Shown piece by piece: positions 16,544 through 37,334 of a stretch of DNA of 64,000 nucleotides; position 1 is the stretch's first letter; each line of letters starts with the position of its first letter. The position numbers were made by a program, and so were the translations under genes. The stretch comes from the human T2T-CHM13v2.0 reference genome, Homo sapiens. The stretch lies in the NCBI RefSeq assembly GCF_009914755.1, contig NC_060939.1; one strand, written 5' to 3'. A model generated the notes under the pieces. The model did no database searches, was not told the origin of the DNA, and saw only the letters and a program-made list of their open reading frames with translations.

Positions 16544-17361
16544 TAATGCTCTTGTTTACTTTTTGCTTTATTTTGGAAGTTAATAGTTATTTTTTTTCTA
16601 TGACAAAATTGGGAATATTTTTGTAGCCGCCTTTTTTTTTCTCTTCTTGAGAAGGTAGTGAGTACATTTAAACAGATGAGATTTTTCCATTTCCAGAGTC
16701 TCTATTGCATTTCCAAAGGGAGTATGTAGGCAGAGAAGTCCAGGCTGAGACGCTCCCTGCAAAGGCTCAGGTAACTTAGGCCATTATTTCATATGATTCA
16801 GTAGTTCATTTCCTGTTTTTCAGTAAAAGGATCATTTTCATTTGCTCTGTCCAGAGGATCTCATCTGCTTCTGTCTTAGAACTGTTTTTTGTTTGTTCTG
16901 AGACAGAATCTCACTTCCGTCACCCAGGTTGGAGTGCGGTGGGCACAGTCATGGTTCACTGCAGCCTCGACTTCCTGGGCTCAGCTGATTCTCTCACCTC
17001 AGCCTCCAGAGTAGCTGGGAGTACAGACACGCACCACCACACCTGGCTAATTTTTTAATTTTTAGTGGAAACGAGGTCTTACCCTGTTGCCCAGGTTAGT
17101 CTTGAACTCCTGGGCTCAGGTGGTCTGCCTGCCTCGGCCTCCCAAAGTGCTGGGATTACAGGTGTGAGCCACCTTGCCCAGTTGCAGAACTGTTTTCTGT
17201 TTTTTGTTATATTTTTCTGTAGCCCAGCCTCTCTAGTGTACTTCAGCTATGTGAGGTGCTAAATTTACTAACAAGATATTTTCTATTTTTTACCCTTTAG
17301 ATGAGGTAGGGACTGAATGTATGTCATTGAACTTCCTTAGAAACTTGTATTTTCACTCTTA

Positions 17362-17778
<417 letters not shown>

Positions 17779-17829
17779 TCAGGAGTTCAAGACCAGCCTG
17801 GCCAACATGGTGAAACCCCATCTCTACTA

Positions 17830-18038
<209 letters not shown>

Positions 18039-19312
18039 TTAGCAAGCTCTCTCAATAGTAGAGAAGGACACTACATTTTATTACTTATCAAAAAGTCATC
18101 TTATGAATAATTCTTTCAGGGTTATCTGAAAAAGTGGGGAAAGAAAATGTATTGAAAATATTAGTGTAGCGAATTCTAGATAAAATTAGAATTGTATTTT
18201 AAAATTTTTATGGTATTCTTGATAATTCTTCATTGGTAAACCTATTTTTGTTTAGGAAATCATGAAAGTTGTTTGAATTCATATATTCAGGAATCAGGAA
18301 AGTTCTGGTAAACCTCAGAAGCAAACATTTTTAGTTATGTAATAATTGGATGTTATCTTTTTCTTCTGTCAATTATCATACTATTGAAATTTTGGAAGTA
18401 TTTATATTTACTTTAACTGTGCTCCTTTAAGAGCACAGAGATAAATAATTGACAGGAAATCTCACTAATATTAGGGGAATGTCTGATAGTGTGTAACAGA
18501 CATGCCCAACCATAAACAATTTTTTGTGTTTAAATAGTTTAAGCTGGGCTTACAGGCTGGCTTTTTGGTGAGTTCATGTGTAAAAATGAATAAAACAAGT
18601 TATAGCATTTTTGGTTTTACTTTGTATTTTGTATTTATTCAGAATGATTACATTATGATTTCTGTTAAATGGTTCTGTTAATGTAATGATTACATTGTAT
18701 TTTCTGTTGAGAGAATTGCATCAGTAGTCAGGACATGGTGTGCTAACTGAAATTATTGTAATGTTCAATTGATACGATATTGAACAAACTGTACACTTTT
18801 ATTGGAATTACATAGTGAAGGGTCCTTCTAGTATATTTAGGCTTTAGAAGAATCAGCCAAACAAAGCATGATCTACTTTTAGGCTAGATAGACATATGAT
18901 AACTCTTATCAACAGACTTTTTTTGAGACAGGGTCTCACTCTGTTGCTCAGGCTGAAGTACAGTGGCACTATCATGGCTCCCTAAAGCCTTGACCTCCTG
19001 GGTACAAGCTATCCACCTGCTTTGGCCTCCCAAAGTGCTGGGATTACAAGCGTGAGCCACCTGGCCTGGCCATCAACAGATTTTTCTTCTTAAAAATAAG
19101 TCTTATGTTAACTGGGACACAAAAATTAAATCTTTTGCTATATCACTCATATTCTGTTCTTGTGTTACCACATACTTTTTTGAAATTAAAAAGTGTTTAG
19201 AATGATAGATTATTGAGCACTGGTATATTGAATTAGAGCTCAGGTCCAGTTTTTCTAAGTTATTTATAATAATATTTGTAAATGTCTGGCAGTTTTCTTT
19301 AGAAAAATTTAA

Positions 19313-19600
<288 letters not shown>

Positions 19601-19734
19601 TGAACTCCTGACCTCAGGTGATCCACCCACCTCAGCCTCCCAATGTGCTGGGATTACATGTGTGAGCCCCTGCACCCAGCCTACTGTTAGTTTTTTTTTT
19701 CTTTTCTTTTTTTCCCCTCCGAGACAGAGTTTGA

Positions 19735-20115
<381 letters not shown>

Positions 20116-20522
20116 TAGATGATCCACCCGCCCCAGCCTCCCAAAGTGCTGGGATTACAGATGTGAGCCACCGCACATGGCCTACTGTTAGTTTTGATCT
20201 GCCTAGTTACAGAAGTTATGTTTGTTTATTTGTATCATCAGTAATCTAGAAGTTATATATATTTATATGGGCTGTTAGATATGTTTATATGGCTCCACCA
20301 TTGCAGCTCTTCATGACTGAGAGCCAAAGATAGGTACTTCTGACCTACAACCCTTCTTTTTACAAATTATGATTATTATAATTTGTAATGAACTGTGCTA
20401 GTAGGCTCTATTTGCAAAGTCATATTGACATGTTGTGGCAAATTGGATCCAGTAATCATTTAACTGACTTAACTAACTACTGCAATGTCATACCAACCTT
20501 GATTTGAAAATATCTGATTGTA

Positions 20523-20564
20523 GTATCTAATGATTGACCTCTTGTATCTAATGATTGACCTCTT
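20523..20564. repeat. Perfect 21-bp tandem duplication
   Basis: GTATCTAATGATTGACCTCTT occurs twice in tandem. Confidence 0.95.
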
Positions 20565-20579
20565 GGAGTAGTGATTTAA

Positions 20580-20783
<204 letters not shown>

Positions 20784-21539
20784 TGAGTAGCTGGGATTAC
20801 AGGCACATACCACCACACCCAGCTGGTTTTTCTATTTTTAGTAGACATGGGGTTTCACCATGTTGGCCGGGCTGGTCTTGACCTCCTGTCCTCAAGTGAT
20901 GTGCCCGCCTCGGCCTCCCAAAGTTCTGGAATTACAGGTTTGAGCCACTGCACCCGGCCTAGATTATACTATTAATTATTTATTTTCTATCATTTGGTTT
21001 TTAGTTGCTTAGAGTTTCCTAATGTGTAAAACTTGTTTTATGTATCAAAAGTGTTTTGACTCCAGTTGGGATGTGAGTAGCTATTCTAAAGTACAGGTGG
21101 AAGCAAAAATATCTGTTTAGAACAAGTAAACAAAACACATTCCATGTTGTGTCTGTACACAATTTGCTTTATTGTGAGACTGGAGAAAAAACTAGGTACA
21201 TATTTTTAATAAGAAAATATACTTTATTCTTGAAAGCTTTGCTCTTTGGCGCTTACTCAAAAATAACAATGTTATTTATACTTTTTAACAGAGACTTACA
21301 AATAAGTCAAATTTATGAACTAGTGGATCTTTTTAACTTACTAATGGTATGAAGACATACTTTTGAGACATTTGGAGAATAAATTATACATTTACATAGG
21401 TTAAAAGTTTTTAAAAATCTTCCATTGTAATAAAACAAACTTCCCTTTATATAAGCACCATGATTTTAATGATTTTAACACTAGTGTCACATGCAATGCC
21501 GAGAACTAACAATATGGGATGGTTTTCCTATAATTTTAG

Positions 21540-21625
21540 GATTATTTCCATTCAATACTTGGACCTGGAAACATCAAAAAAGCTGTCGAAGAAGCTGAAA
21601 GACTCTCTGAAAGCCTTAAATTAAG
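21540..21625 (+). CDS. USP8: USP8 exon 4, c.250-335, MIT domain (DYFHSILGPGNIKKAVEEAERLSESLKLR)
   Basis: ttttag| acceptor, AAG|gtacag donor, 86 nt, frame continuous. Confidence 0.98.
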
Positions 21626-21737
21626 GTACAGATATTATGAAATATTTAAAATAATGTAAATTTAGAAGATAAAAATAATATTTAAGATTTACCGATTTAT
21701 ATCTGACGATTCATATAATATTCCAATTTTTTTTTGA

Positions 21738-21926
<189 letters not shown>

Positions 21927-21960
21927 TAGCCAGGATGGTCTCGATCTCCTGACCTTCTGA

Positions 21961-22237
<277 letters not shown>

Positions 22238-22595
22238 TAGCCAGGATGGTCTCGAGCTCCTGACCTCAAGTGATCCGCCCGCCTCAGCCTCCCAAAGTGC
22301 TGAGATTACAGGCGTGAGCCACCCGGCCCCAATATTTCTAATTTATAATATTTGTAAGTTTCTGGCATTATTCTTTAGAAAAATTCAATTCTTCATATGT
22401 TCTTTGGTGGATTCTGCTCCTGGATACTGTGCGTATAGGAATGAAGTATTTACTGTTACTTTTGATCTGCTTAGTTACAGAAGTTATTTAAATTTGGAAA
22501 AAAAAACTGATTCTGGTATTTGCCATGACTTGCTTACCAGGTTTACAAAAATAATTACAAAACAAAAACAGTATGTTTCAGTTTTTAGTCGTTAG

Positions 22596-22922
<327 letters not shown>

Positions 22923-23327
22923 TAAAATTTAAATTGTTTCCCTTATCAACAACATAATGCTGTTATGTAGATCCTAGTAGATAAATTTCTGCCTGTATCT
23001 GTAGCATAAAAAATGTTAATAGATAAAACCAAAAGCATTCTCAGCAATATGATACAGAAGGAGAGAACAATGGAACTGGTTTTAAGTGATACAAGGTGCC
23101 AAAGCCTGGTTAGTGAAAAACAGCAAACTGAGAGCTGTTTGATGCAAATAATAAATAGAAGGAGGAAACTGAAAGATTTAACCAGGGTGACATATTTCTT
23201 TACTGGCTTGAATTTTTTTTTTTCACTAAGAATGTATCATGTTACTTGTATTTAAAAATATTCTGACCAGGAGCAATGGCTCAGTCCTGTAATGCCTGCA
23301 CTTTGGTAGGCCCAGGCGGGCGGATTA

Positions 23328-23567
<240 letters not shown>

Positions 23568-24109
23568 TCAACTTATAAAGGAAGTCATTAAGAAAATGAT
23601 TCATTATTTAGATATTTACTTCTTATGGCCTGATAGAATGGCCCATCTTTCAGTGTAATAAAGTCCCTGTTGCTAAATAACCTCTGGGTCCTTTCCAATT
23701 CTAAGGCTTTTTAAATGTACTTTGAATTTTCCTCTGTATAGGTTATTTTGCAGCTAGATGTGGAGAACCTTTTCACTGTTTTTCTCCCTGTCTGTCCTCT
23801 CCCAGCCTCCTGCCCCATGTTGGTGTCTTTCATGGACATTTAGAGCAACCCTGTGTGAACATATCTTCATATCTGTCCTGTCCTAATTCTGTAATAAGTC
23901 AACCACAAAGCTCTTTTCCTCCTTTAAGTCTCTGAAATCTGCATGACTAGAATTTCTCTTGTCAGGCCGGCAGTCTGAGAATGGGCATGAGGGAGGGTAT
24001 ATGCTCTCTAGGTTTGGAGAATAGATTATAACTTTAAAGTGAAAGCCCTTAACATCTTGGGGTAGATTTTCTGCTAAATTCTGCCTAATCATCTGATGTC
24101 ATGGTCTAT

Positions 24110-24195
24110 GACCACGGAGGCGTGTGTGCCGAGTGGGGTCCGTGGCCTGCTGGCCCCTGTCCTAGGGGTGGCCGCATGGTCCCAGGTGCGGCCGC
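24110..24195 (+). other. Isolated GC-rich insert, probable CpG-decayed fragment of the 45S rDNA 3' external transcribed spacer
   Basis: About 75% GC in an AT-rich intron; aligns by recall to the 3'ETS segment GCGGAGGCG..GCCGAG..CCGTGGCCCGCCGGTCCCCGTCCCGGGGGTTGGCCGCG, mostly via CG>TG/CA changes. Confidence 0.65.
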
Positions 24196-24754
24196 TATAG
24201 ACATAGCCCCAGATTCTGAAAAAAATGCTTTAGCAAAAAGACCTAGTGAGTGGCTAGAAAATAGATTTCAGTATCACCTGCCATTAAGGAATACTTGTTA
24301 AGCATTTATTTGCCTGTCCCGTTTCTTATTATTATCTTTTTTCATGGACACCTCTCATAACATAGACTTAATCCATTTCTGTTACATTCATGTTAGGGGA
24401 GGTCTTAGAGGTAATTTTGACCAAATCTGGAAGTATCAGAATCCTAGTAAAAGGGATTAAGTGGGTAAAAGGATCAGAAGTTAGTTTCAGAGAGCATGCC
24501 TCGCTCTCACTTCAGCTTACCAACTGAAATTGGAAAGTAGGAGAGACATCAGCTCTATTTAATTAGATTTATGGAGACTGTAGAACAAATCCAAGGTAGG
24601 GGGTAAGGTGTGGATAAGAGAAGAAAATAGGAAAAAAGAGAATCTTAAAGTTTTTTCATTTCTGCCCTCAAATTGGATTTAGGCTGACTGTGCTTACTTC
24701 TTAGGGCAGACAGTTCACATACTGTTCCAGCATAGAGCACTACTAGAGAAGAAA

Positions 24755-24985
24755 TATAGAGCAGTAGGTAAGTGTACGGAGCCAGACTCCCTGGGTATGG
24801 ATCCCAGTTTTTTTCTTATTAATTGTGTGAGCTTGGGCAAATTACTTAGCCTCCCTCTGCCTCAGTTTCCTCATCTGTAACTAGGATAATCATAAAACCT
24901 ACCTCATAGTGCATTAAGAAAATTAACATTTACAAACACTTAGATGGTGTCTGGCACATACCAAATAATAAGTTTTTGTGCTATT
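24755..24985 (+). mobile_element. MIR SINE (similar copies at about 34765-34980, 37915-38135, 43130-43360; antisense at about 55240-55410)
   Basis: MIR core TTGGGCAAATTACTTAGCCTCCCTCTGCCTCAGTTTCCTCATCTGTAA. Confidence 0.85.
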
Positions 24986-25489
24986 ATTTTCGTTGTTATT
25001 AACAGTGGAAGCATTCTTGTTCTGTAACACCTTTCGTCCTGGCACTCTAGTGATTTGCATTGAGGAGGCAAGGTAAAACAGTTGCATAATTTTGCTCTTG
25101 TTCCAAATCTTTCACTTCTGTTTCTAACAGTGAAATGATGCTAGCATATGAGATAGGCAGGAAAGTGGTGTTGATATTTCCATAGAGATAATAGGAATAC
25201 ATGCTTGCTATTCTGTGACCAAGTTCTTAACACAGTGCAGTAGAGAAGTGGGGGAAGTGAGCATACCAGTAAGCAAGGTCCTGCTGGAGATTTGAGAATC
25301 CATTATCCCTGGTTATTGCCTAAGCAGATGGAATATGATGAAACATCTGTTTTTGTAAAATTCTATCTGAAGTTACTCTGTTTTTCTTTTCTCCTCTCAC
25401 ATCTATTGATGGGTTCATCATTCACTTTTGTTCCATTTATTTTATTTTAACACACTGATTTTCATAAATCTATTGTTTTCCCAGTAGAA

Positions 25490-28270
<2,781 letters not shown>

Positions 28271-28807
28271 TAGAATTCTCTTTCCTACCTTTATTTTTTA
28301 AGGCGAAAGGATAGCATTTTTAAAGTAGAGTGTCGTGATCACCATGTTCCTGTCAATATTAGTGATCATTTCTGTCAATGGAATACATAATTCAGAAGGA
28401 ATTGCTAAGCGTAAAGATAGAAACTGCTTAGGCCAGGCGGGGTGGCTCATGCCTGTAATCCCAGCACTTTGGGAGGCCGAGGCAGGTGGATCACAAGGTC
28501 AGGAGTTCAAGACCGGCCTAGCCAACATAGTGAAACCCCATCTCTACTAAAAATACAAAAATAAGTAGCTGGCCGTGGTGGTGGGAGCTTGTCATCCCAG
28601 CCACTCGAGAGGCGGAGGCAAGGAGAAACGCTTGAACCTGAGATGCAGAGGTTTCAGTGAGCCGAGATCCCACCACTGCTCTCCAGCCCAGGTGACAGTG
28701 TGAGACTCCGTCTCAAAAAAAAAAAAAAAAATTAACTGCTTAATGGCCGGGTGTGGTGGCTCGCCCCTGTAATCCCAGCACTTTGGGAGGCCGACGAGGG
28801 TGGATCA

Positions 28808-29071
<264 letters not shown>

Positions 29072-29433
29072 TTAGAGGAGAAGCACTGTTTTCCTTATAT
29101 TTCTTCCACTTGAGGAATAGCACAGCTTTGTGTGACATGCTAATTTCTTCTCCAAGAGCTAAAGATGTAATTCTTGCTAAGTGCATGAATGATCTTATTG
29201 ATAGATGGCACGTTTTTGGTCACTATTAACATGATGTTGAAAATGTGTGGTACAAAATAATTTTGAGTTCAGAAGTCATTTTTAAAGTAAACTTAAAATT
29301 TTAAATATGTGAAGCTGGCACAGTTATTTGAATAGTCACCATTTCTATTGTATAGTTTTATCTGTTTATTTAGAAATTTTTCATTTTGGAATATTCACTC
29401 AAAAGAGCATATAAGACCAGGTGCGGTGGCTCA

Positions 29434-29781
<348 letters not shown>

Positions 29782-29895
29782 TCACCTGAGGTTAGGAGTT
29801 TGAGACAAGCCTGGCCACATGGTGAACCCTGTCTCTACTAAAAATACACAAATTAGCCAGGCATGGTGGTGTGTGCCTCTAGTCCCAGCTACTCA

Positions 29896-30111
<216 letters not shown>

Positions 30112-30311
30112 TTATTGACCCTAGTCAATTATTTATTTTTTTCCTTTACATCTGTTTTATCTTCTCTCTCTCTGTCTTTAAATTTGAAGCTCACAGACAT
30201 TGCCAAGCATTGATAATTAGGGCAAACAAGATTGCAGGTCTATGATAACGTACAGTCTGTCCTGGCAATAATAGCAAACATTGCCATTCGTTCATTTATT
30301 TATTTATTTAG

Positions 30312-30470
<159 letters not shown>

Positions 30471-31140
30471 TAGTAGAGATGGGATTTCACCATGTTGGTC
30501 AGGCTGGTCTCGAACTCCTGACCTCACATGATCCGCCTGCCTTGGCCTCCCAAAGTCCTGGATTACAGATGTGAGCCACCGCACCCAGCCACCTATAATT
30601 TAGTAGGGAATAGTTCTAAATTCCTCAGATATCTGCTAACTGTAGTTCAGATAGCTGTTTAACTGCCAACAAGTTGGAAATTTCAGTGAAGTCATCCTTT
30701 AAAAAAATGTAACTTGGGACCTTGGTAAGACTTTCCACAGCTTTTTGAATGTTTGTTTTCACATTTTTATTCTAAATTATCAACATAAGTGTGATATTTG
30801 GGCTGTTTCTTTTGCAGAAAAAATTAGGATTTTTCCTTTGAAAAGCAAATTGCAGCAGATTTGAATCAATATAAAAGGTTGAAATTAGTAGGAGAGAAAG
30901 AGCAAAAAGCACTAAATAATTTCAACTTGAGAACATACAGTTTCTTTTTAATAGTTCTGGGCAATTTGAAGTAAATCTACAGATGGCCTCAGGTGGCAGA
31001 TGTGTGAATTGTGGTGGAGGGAGAAAGCATATAGCCATGAAATACCTCAAGGCAGGATACTAATTTTACAGAACTGAAACTCCTTTAATTTCCACGATTA
31101 ACGCCAATAAAAGACAATCTTGACTTATTTTTTCAACTAG

Positions 31141-31303
31141 ATATGAAGAAGCTGAAGTCCGGAAAAAACTTGAGGAAAAAGACAGGCAGGAGGAAGCACA
31201 GCGGCTACAACAAAAAAGGCAGGAAACAGGAAGAGAGGATGGTGGCACATTGGCTAAAGGCTCTTTGGAGAATGTTTTGGATTCCAAAGACAAAACCCAA
31301 AAG
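31141..31303 (+). CDS. USP8: USP8 exon 5, c.336-498 (YEEAEVRKKLEEKDRQEE...DKTQK)
   Basis: caactag| acceptor, AAG|gtattt donor, 163 nt, frame continuous. Confidence 0.98.
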
Positions 31304-31441
31304 GTATTTCAAATTTAATGTGTGAGTTAAAAGACTGTTTCTGCTTGTTAGATGATTTGCTTAAAAAGAGTTGAGATACCACTATAAAGTTCTTTTAGGC
31401 AACAAGGATGAAATTTAATGTTTTAATTAGAAATTTATTTA

Positions 31442-31748
<307 letters not shown>

Positions 31749-32013
31749 TTAAATATTCTAGCCTCAGTTGACTTCAGATTTTTCTGTGAATTTCTATGGC
31801 AATATTTTCTCTGCATTAATTCGTTTTTTAGCAGACATTATAAACTTAATTAGAGCAATAGAAAAATCATTTGAGCTGAGCTGTGATTTATTATATCTGC
31901 ATTCTGGTCCTATGTCAAAACTTTTTTAACCACTCTGGGACTCAGTTTTCTTGTTTCCCAAATTATAGTCTTGAAATAGACAATTTTTAAGTTTCTTCTT
32001 TCTAATCATGTAA

Positions 32014-32578
<565 letters not shown>

Positions 32579-33098
32579 TAGCTGGGATTACAGGCACCCA
32601 CCACCATGCCCAGCTAATTTTCGTATTTTTAGTAGAGATGGGGTTTCACCATATTGGCCAGGCTGTTCTTGAACTCCTGACCTCAAGCGATCTACCCACC
32701 TTGGCCTCCCAAAGTGTTGGGATTATAGGAGTGAGCCACCACTCCTGGCTTCTCCCATTTTTTCACATCTATTTAGTGACTACTTGTGGTCTTTTCAGCT
32801 ACATCATCTCTTTGCTAAAAGCCATCAGTGACTTAGTCTGTAGCTGCCAGCTATCACCGTACCTCCCTTCCTTTACCTCCTCAGAAACTACTCTTCCTAA
32901 AATATAAGTTGAAATCCATGGGAAAATTTCTGCTTTGATTTTTTTCTTAGACATTTTGTAGCTTTCAGTTATCATTCTGTGTGGATCATCATTCCTTTCA
33001 TTAAAAAGTCGTTGTTGGCTGGGTGTGGTGGCTCACACCTGTAATCCCAGCTCTTTGGGAGGCCAAGGTGGGCAGGTCATTTGAGTCCAGGAATTTGA

Positions 33099-33482
<384 letters not shown>

Positions 33483-33794
33483 TAGTCCCAGCTACTCAGG
33501 AGGCCAAGGTGGGAGGATCACTTGAGCCCAGGAGGTCCAGGCTGCAGTGATCATGCAACTGCACTCCAGCTTGAGCATTAGAGTGAGACCCTATCTCCAA
33601 AAAAAAAAAAAAAAAAAAAGGTCTAAGTGGGTCCTTTGTTTCCCCATGGATAAAATGAGTTAGTACCATACAGGATTATCCCATGTTGTCTTGGTTAAAA
33701 AATGTAAACTACATAGGCCGGGCACAGCGGCTCATGCCTATAATCCCAGCACTTTGGGAGGCTGAGGCAGGCATATCACAAGGTCAAGAGATCA

Positions 33795-34042
<248 letters not shown>

Positions 34043-34422
34043 TCATTTTGCTTTAATTATGTGGTGGAGGACACTGAATGGGATAGCCAGAATTTTTGTT
34101 TGATTGTAAGAAGTACTTTCTAATCAAATTAAATATTAAATTTCTGTAGCAGTTTGTGCTGTTAAATTATATTTGGTCTTTAATTGAAGTAAATTTTGAG
34201 GAAATGTTCTATGATTCTGAAAGATTGCTAGTTATTTTAGCTGTTGTCTACTGCCAAAGAAACCTTTTAATATCATTATTATTCGTCTGCGTTTTTATAA
34301 AAGGCCAGTACTCTGCACAGTTCGTTTCTTAGAGTTTCCATTTAAGAGAAGTAAATGAAGTATTAAAGTTGAATTTTTTGTGTCTATGAAAGTTGAAACT
34401 TTTTTTTTTTCCTATGCAATAG

Positions 34423-34465
34423 AGCAATGGTGAAAAGAATGAAAAATGTGAGACCAAAGAGAAAG
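34423..34465 (+). CDS. USP8: USP8 exon 6, c.499-541 (SNGEKNEKCETKEK)
   Basis: Poly-T tract then caatag| acceptor, AAG|gtaagt donor, 43 nt; needed to link phase 0 to phase 1. Confidence 0.96.
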
Positions 34466-35271
34466 GTAAGTGTGTACAGAAGGAGGAAGTTGTTTTAGGT
34501 TCTGACTGAGATCTTTTAATCAGAATAAGCATCAGGTTTTATACAATGAGATTCTTAGCATTGTTGTCTAATCTCTATGTAAGCTTTATCATTTTTCCTA
34601 GTCTGTACAATTATATTGAAAATGTCTGAGGTTATTTTTATGTATTTATCATGGGGGGATATTTTATGAATAATTTTAACCTTACATGTTAAACTGGTCA
34701 TATGCAGTTGAAAAATGTCAAAACCAAAGCTTGTACTTGTTTTCTTTTCAACATGCAGTTTAGCAATAATGGTTAAGAGCATGGACTCTCAGAAGTCAAA
34801 CTGCCGGAGTTTGAATACTGGTTCCTCCTCTCCCTTTCCGCCTGGTTTTCAGAATGTTGCTTAAACATTCTACCTTTGTTTCCTTGTCTGTAAAGTGGAG
34901 ATAATAATAGTACTTATTTCATAGGGTTGTTGTCAGGGTTGAATGAGCTAATATATGTAAATTCTTAGAATACATGGTAAACTTTAAGTAGGACTTATTA
35001 TCATTTATGACTAGGTTGTAGATTTAATTTTTTCTCCCCCCATCCATCCTGTGGTCAAAGACTAAATTATTTAACAGTCATTTACATCCCCCATAAAAAA
35101 AAAATCGAGGCCAGGCGCAGTGGCTCATTCCTGTAATCCCAGCACTTTGGGAGGCTCAGGAAGGAGGATTGCTTGAGCCCAGGAGTTCAAGACCAGCCTA
35201 GGTAACATGGTGAAACCCCTGTCTCTACAAAAAATACAAAAATTAGCTGGGTGTGGTGGTGGATGCCCTTA

Positions 35272-35364
<93 letters not shown>

Positions 35365-35523
35365 CTATGACAGTGAGACCCTGTCTCAAATCCAAACCAG
35401 TAATATGGAAATTATCCATAGGTGGCGTTGATGCTCTAGTGACAAATATGTGACCTAAACAAGACTTTGGAATTCCTCTTCATCTGCTAGAGACGTTTTC
35501 CTCTCTCAGAAAAGGTTTACCTT

Positions 35524-35598
35524 GTCTACAGCCATACCACCTAACGCGCCCGATCTCGGGAGCGAAGCAGGGTCAGGCCTGGTTAGTACTTGGATCAG
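35524..35598 (+). pseudogene. 5S rRNA pseudogene, 3'-truncated and tailless, with an internal deletion
   Basis: GTCTACAGCCATACCACC...GCGCCCGATCTCGG...AAGCAGGGTCAGGCCTGGTTAGTACTTGGAT matches 5S nt 1 to about 88; 16-bp TSD at 35508-35523 and 35599-35614. Confidence 0.95.
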
Positions 35599-36185
35599 AG
35601 AAAAGGTTGAACTTAAACATAATTATAGGTAACAGTAAAATAAATTCTCTACTTAAAATATTGCCATACAACAATTACAAAAGTAAACTGAGTGTGCTAT
35701 AAGGTACTTCCCTAAAAGCTGTTACTGATTCATTCCAAGATTAGTTTTTATGCATTTGTTCCTTTGTATGTCATCCTGCTTAAATGTTGTCCTTCTCAGT
35801 GGTTTGTTAACAACTTTTTTAGTCTGTTTTGTTAGCATACACTTGATGGCTAGAGATGGAAGGAGGACGATTGTTAGCAGCTATAGGTCTTTTAGCATAG
35901 GAGCTACTGAGACTACTTTTCTTCTCACAGCTCACTGCTGAAACAGCTTATTATATAATCTCAACTCTCTTGTAGTGCCTTTTAATCTTTCACTTCAGTA
36001 GAGCTAAGGAAAAATAGTAACATAGGGAATATTTATTTTGACAGATTGCTGCCCTCCCCCAAAAGTAAATAAATTAAATATTGCATTAGCTTTACTTAGT
36101 TTCCTTTTTGTTAGCCTTCTTAGAAAACAAAATAATCTTTTTTCCTTCTGGCTGGGAGCTAACAAATGAACATCAAGTAGAATGA

Positions 36186-36376
36186 CAATTGGCAAATTTT
36201 TCTTAAAGGGATAGATGGTAAACATTTTAGGCTTGGGGAACCTTATGGGCTTGGAGAGTCCTGTGGTCTCTGACACAACTATTGATCTCTGCTGTTGCAG
36301 TATGAAAAAATGTGTAAACAAACTAGTGTGGCAGTGATCCAGTAAAAACAGATGGCCATAGTTTTTCAACCTCTGA
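36186..36376 (+). mobile_element. MER58A-like hAT MITE
   Basis: TTGGCAAATTTTTCTTAAAGGG..AGATGGTAAACATTTTAGGCTT...CCATAGTTTTTCAACCTCTG. Confidence 0.75.
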
Positions 36377-37189
36377 TGTAGAATAGCAAGCTTTTGACTT
36401 GTTATTCTAAGAATACTTGGATATCTAAGTTTTTCAAAAAGCTACCGTAAGACTGCCATCAGAGACCTTTTGAATTTAGAACTTTTCCAGAATTTTAGAA
36501 CCATAGATATTTCTTTCTTCCAGTTAGCATTTTTCTAATGTCTTAATTTTTGAAAACATACTATTTTCCTGAGACACATATATTAATGTTCTTTATTTTA
36601 TGTTGGTAACAGAGTCAATACCAGGTGTAGCTGTAAACTCAACAGAAAGTTTTGATTTTTAAGTCTTTGTAAACAGAGCATCGAACTGGTTTCTTGATAA
36701 ATGTTAAAAACACAAGGTCAGGTATGTGGTGGCTCACGCCTGTAATCCCAACACTTTGGGACGCCAAGGTGGGCAGATCGCTTGAGGTCAGGAGTTCCAG
36801 ACCAGCCTAGTCAACATGGTGAAACCCCATCTCTACTAAAAATACAAAAATTAGCCAGGCGTGGTAACAGCCTGTGTTCCCAGCTACTCAGGAGGCTGAG
36901 GCAGGAGAATCACTTGAACCTGGGAGGTGGAGGTTGCAGTGAGCTGAGATCATGCCACTGCACTCCAGCCTGGGTTACAGAACGAGACCCTGTCTCAAGA
37001 AAAAAAACAAGTTGTATTTAATGTTAGTTTACAAGATAATAAATGGTATGATGGAGTAGTAAATATGTGGCATCCATATATATTCAGTATACTTTGCTCT
37101 TCTAGAAAAAGCGGTTTGTCCTGTGTTTTGTGATGTCAGCACATCTTGTGCTGTTTCTTGTCACTTACACTGTCTCTCTCAATTCCAAG

Positions 37190-37334
37190 GAGCAATCACA
37201 GCAAAGGAACTATACACAATGATGACGGATAAAAACATCAGCTTGATTATAATGGATGCTCGAAGAATGCAGGATTATCAGGATTCCTGTATTTTACATT
37301 CTCTCAGTGTTCCTGAAGAAGCCATCAGTCCAGG
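37190..37334 (+). CDS. USP8: USP8 exon 7, c.542-686, rhodanese-like domain ([14 protein letters not shown]...EEAISPG)
   Basis: ttccaag| acceptor, AGG|gtgggt donor, 145 nt; peptide in ORF 37123..37350. Confidence 0.98.

Noticed and set aside
18640-18710. Short imperfect repeat and palindrome AATGTAATGATTACATT
   Set aside because: Too short and AT-rich to distinguish from a chance or slippage product.
24101-24301. 66-aa ORF or internal CpG promoter at the GC-rich patch
   Set aside because: The patch is under 100 bp and shows CpG decay, which indicates methylation; it is better explained as an insertion.
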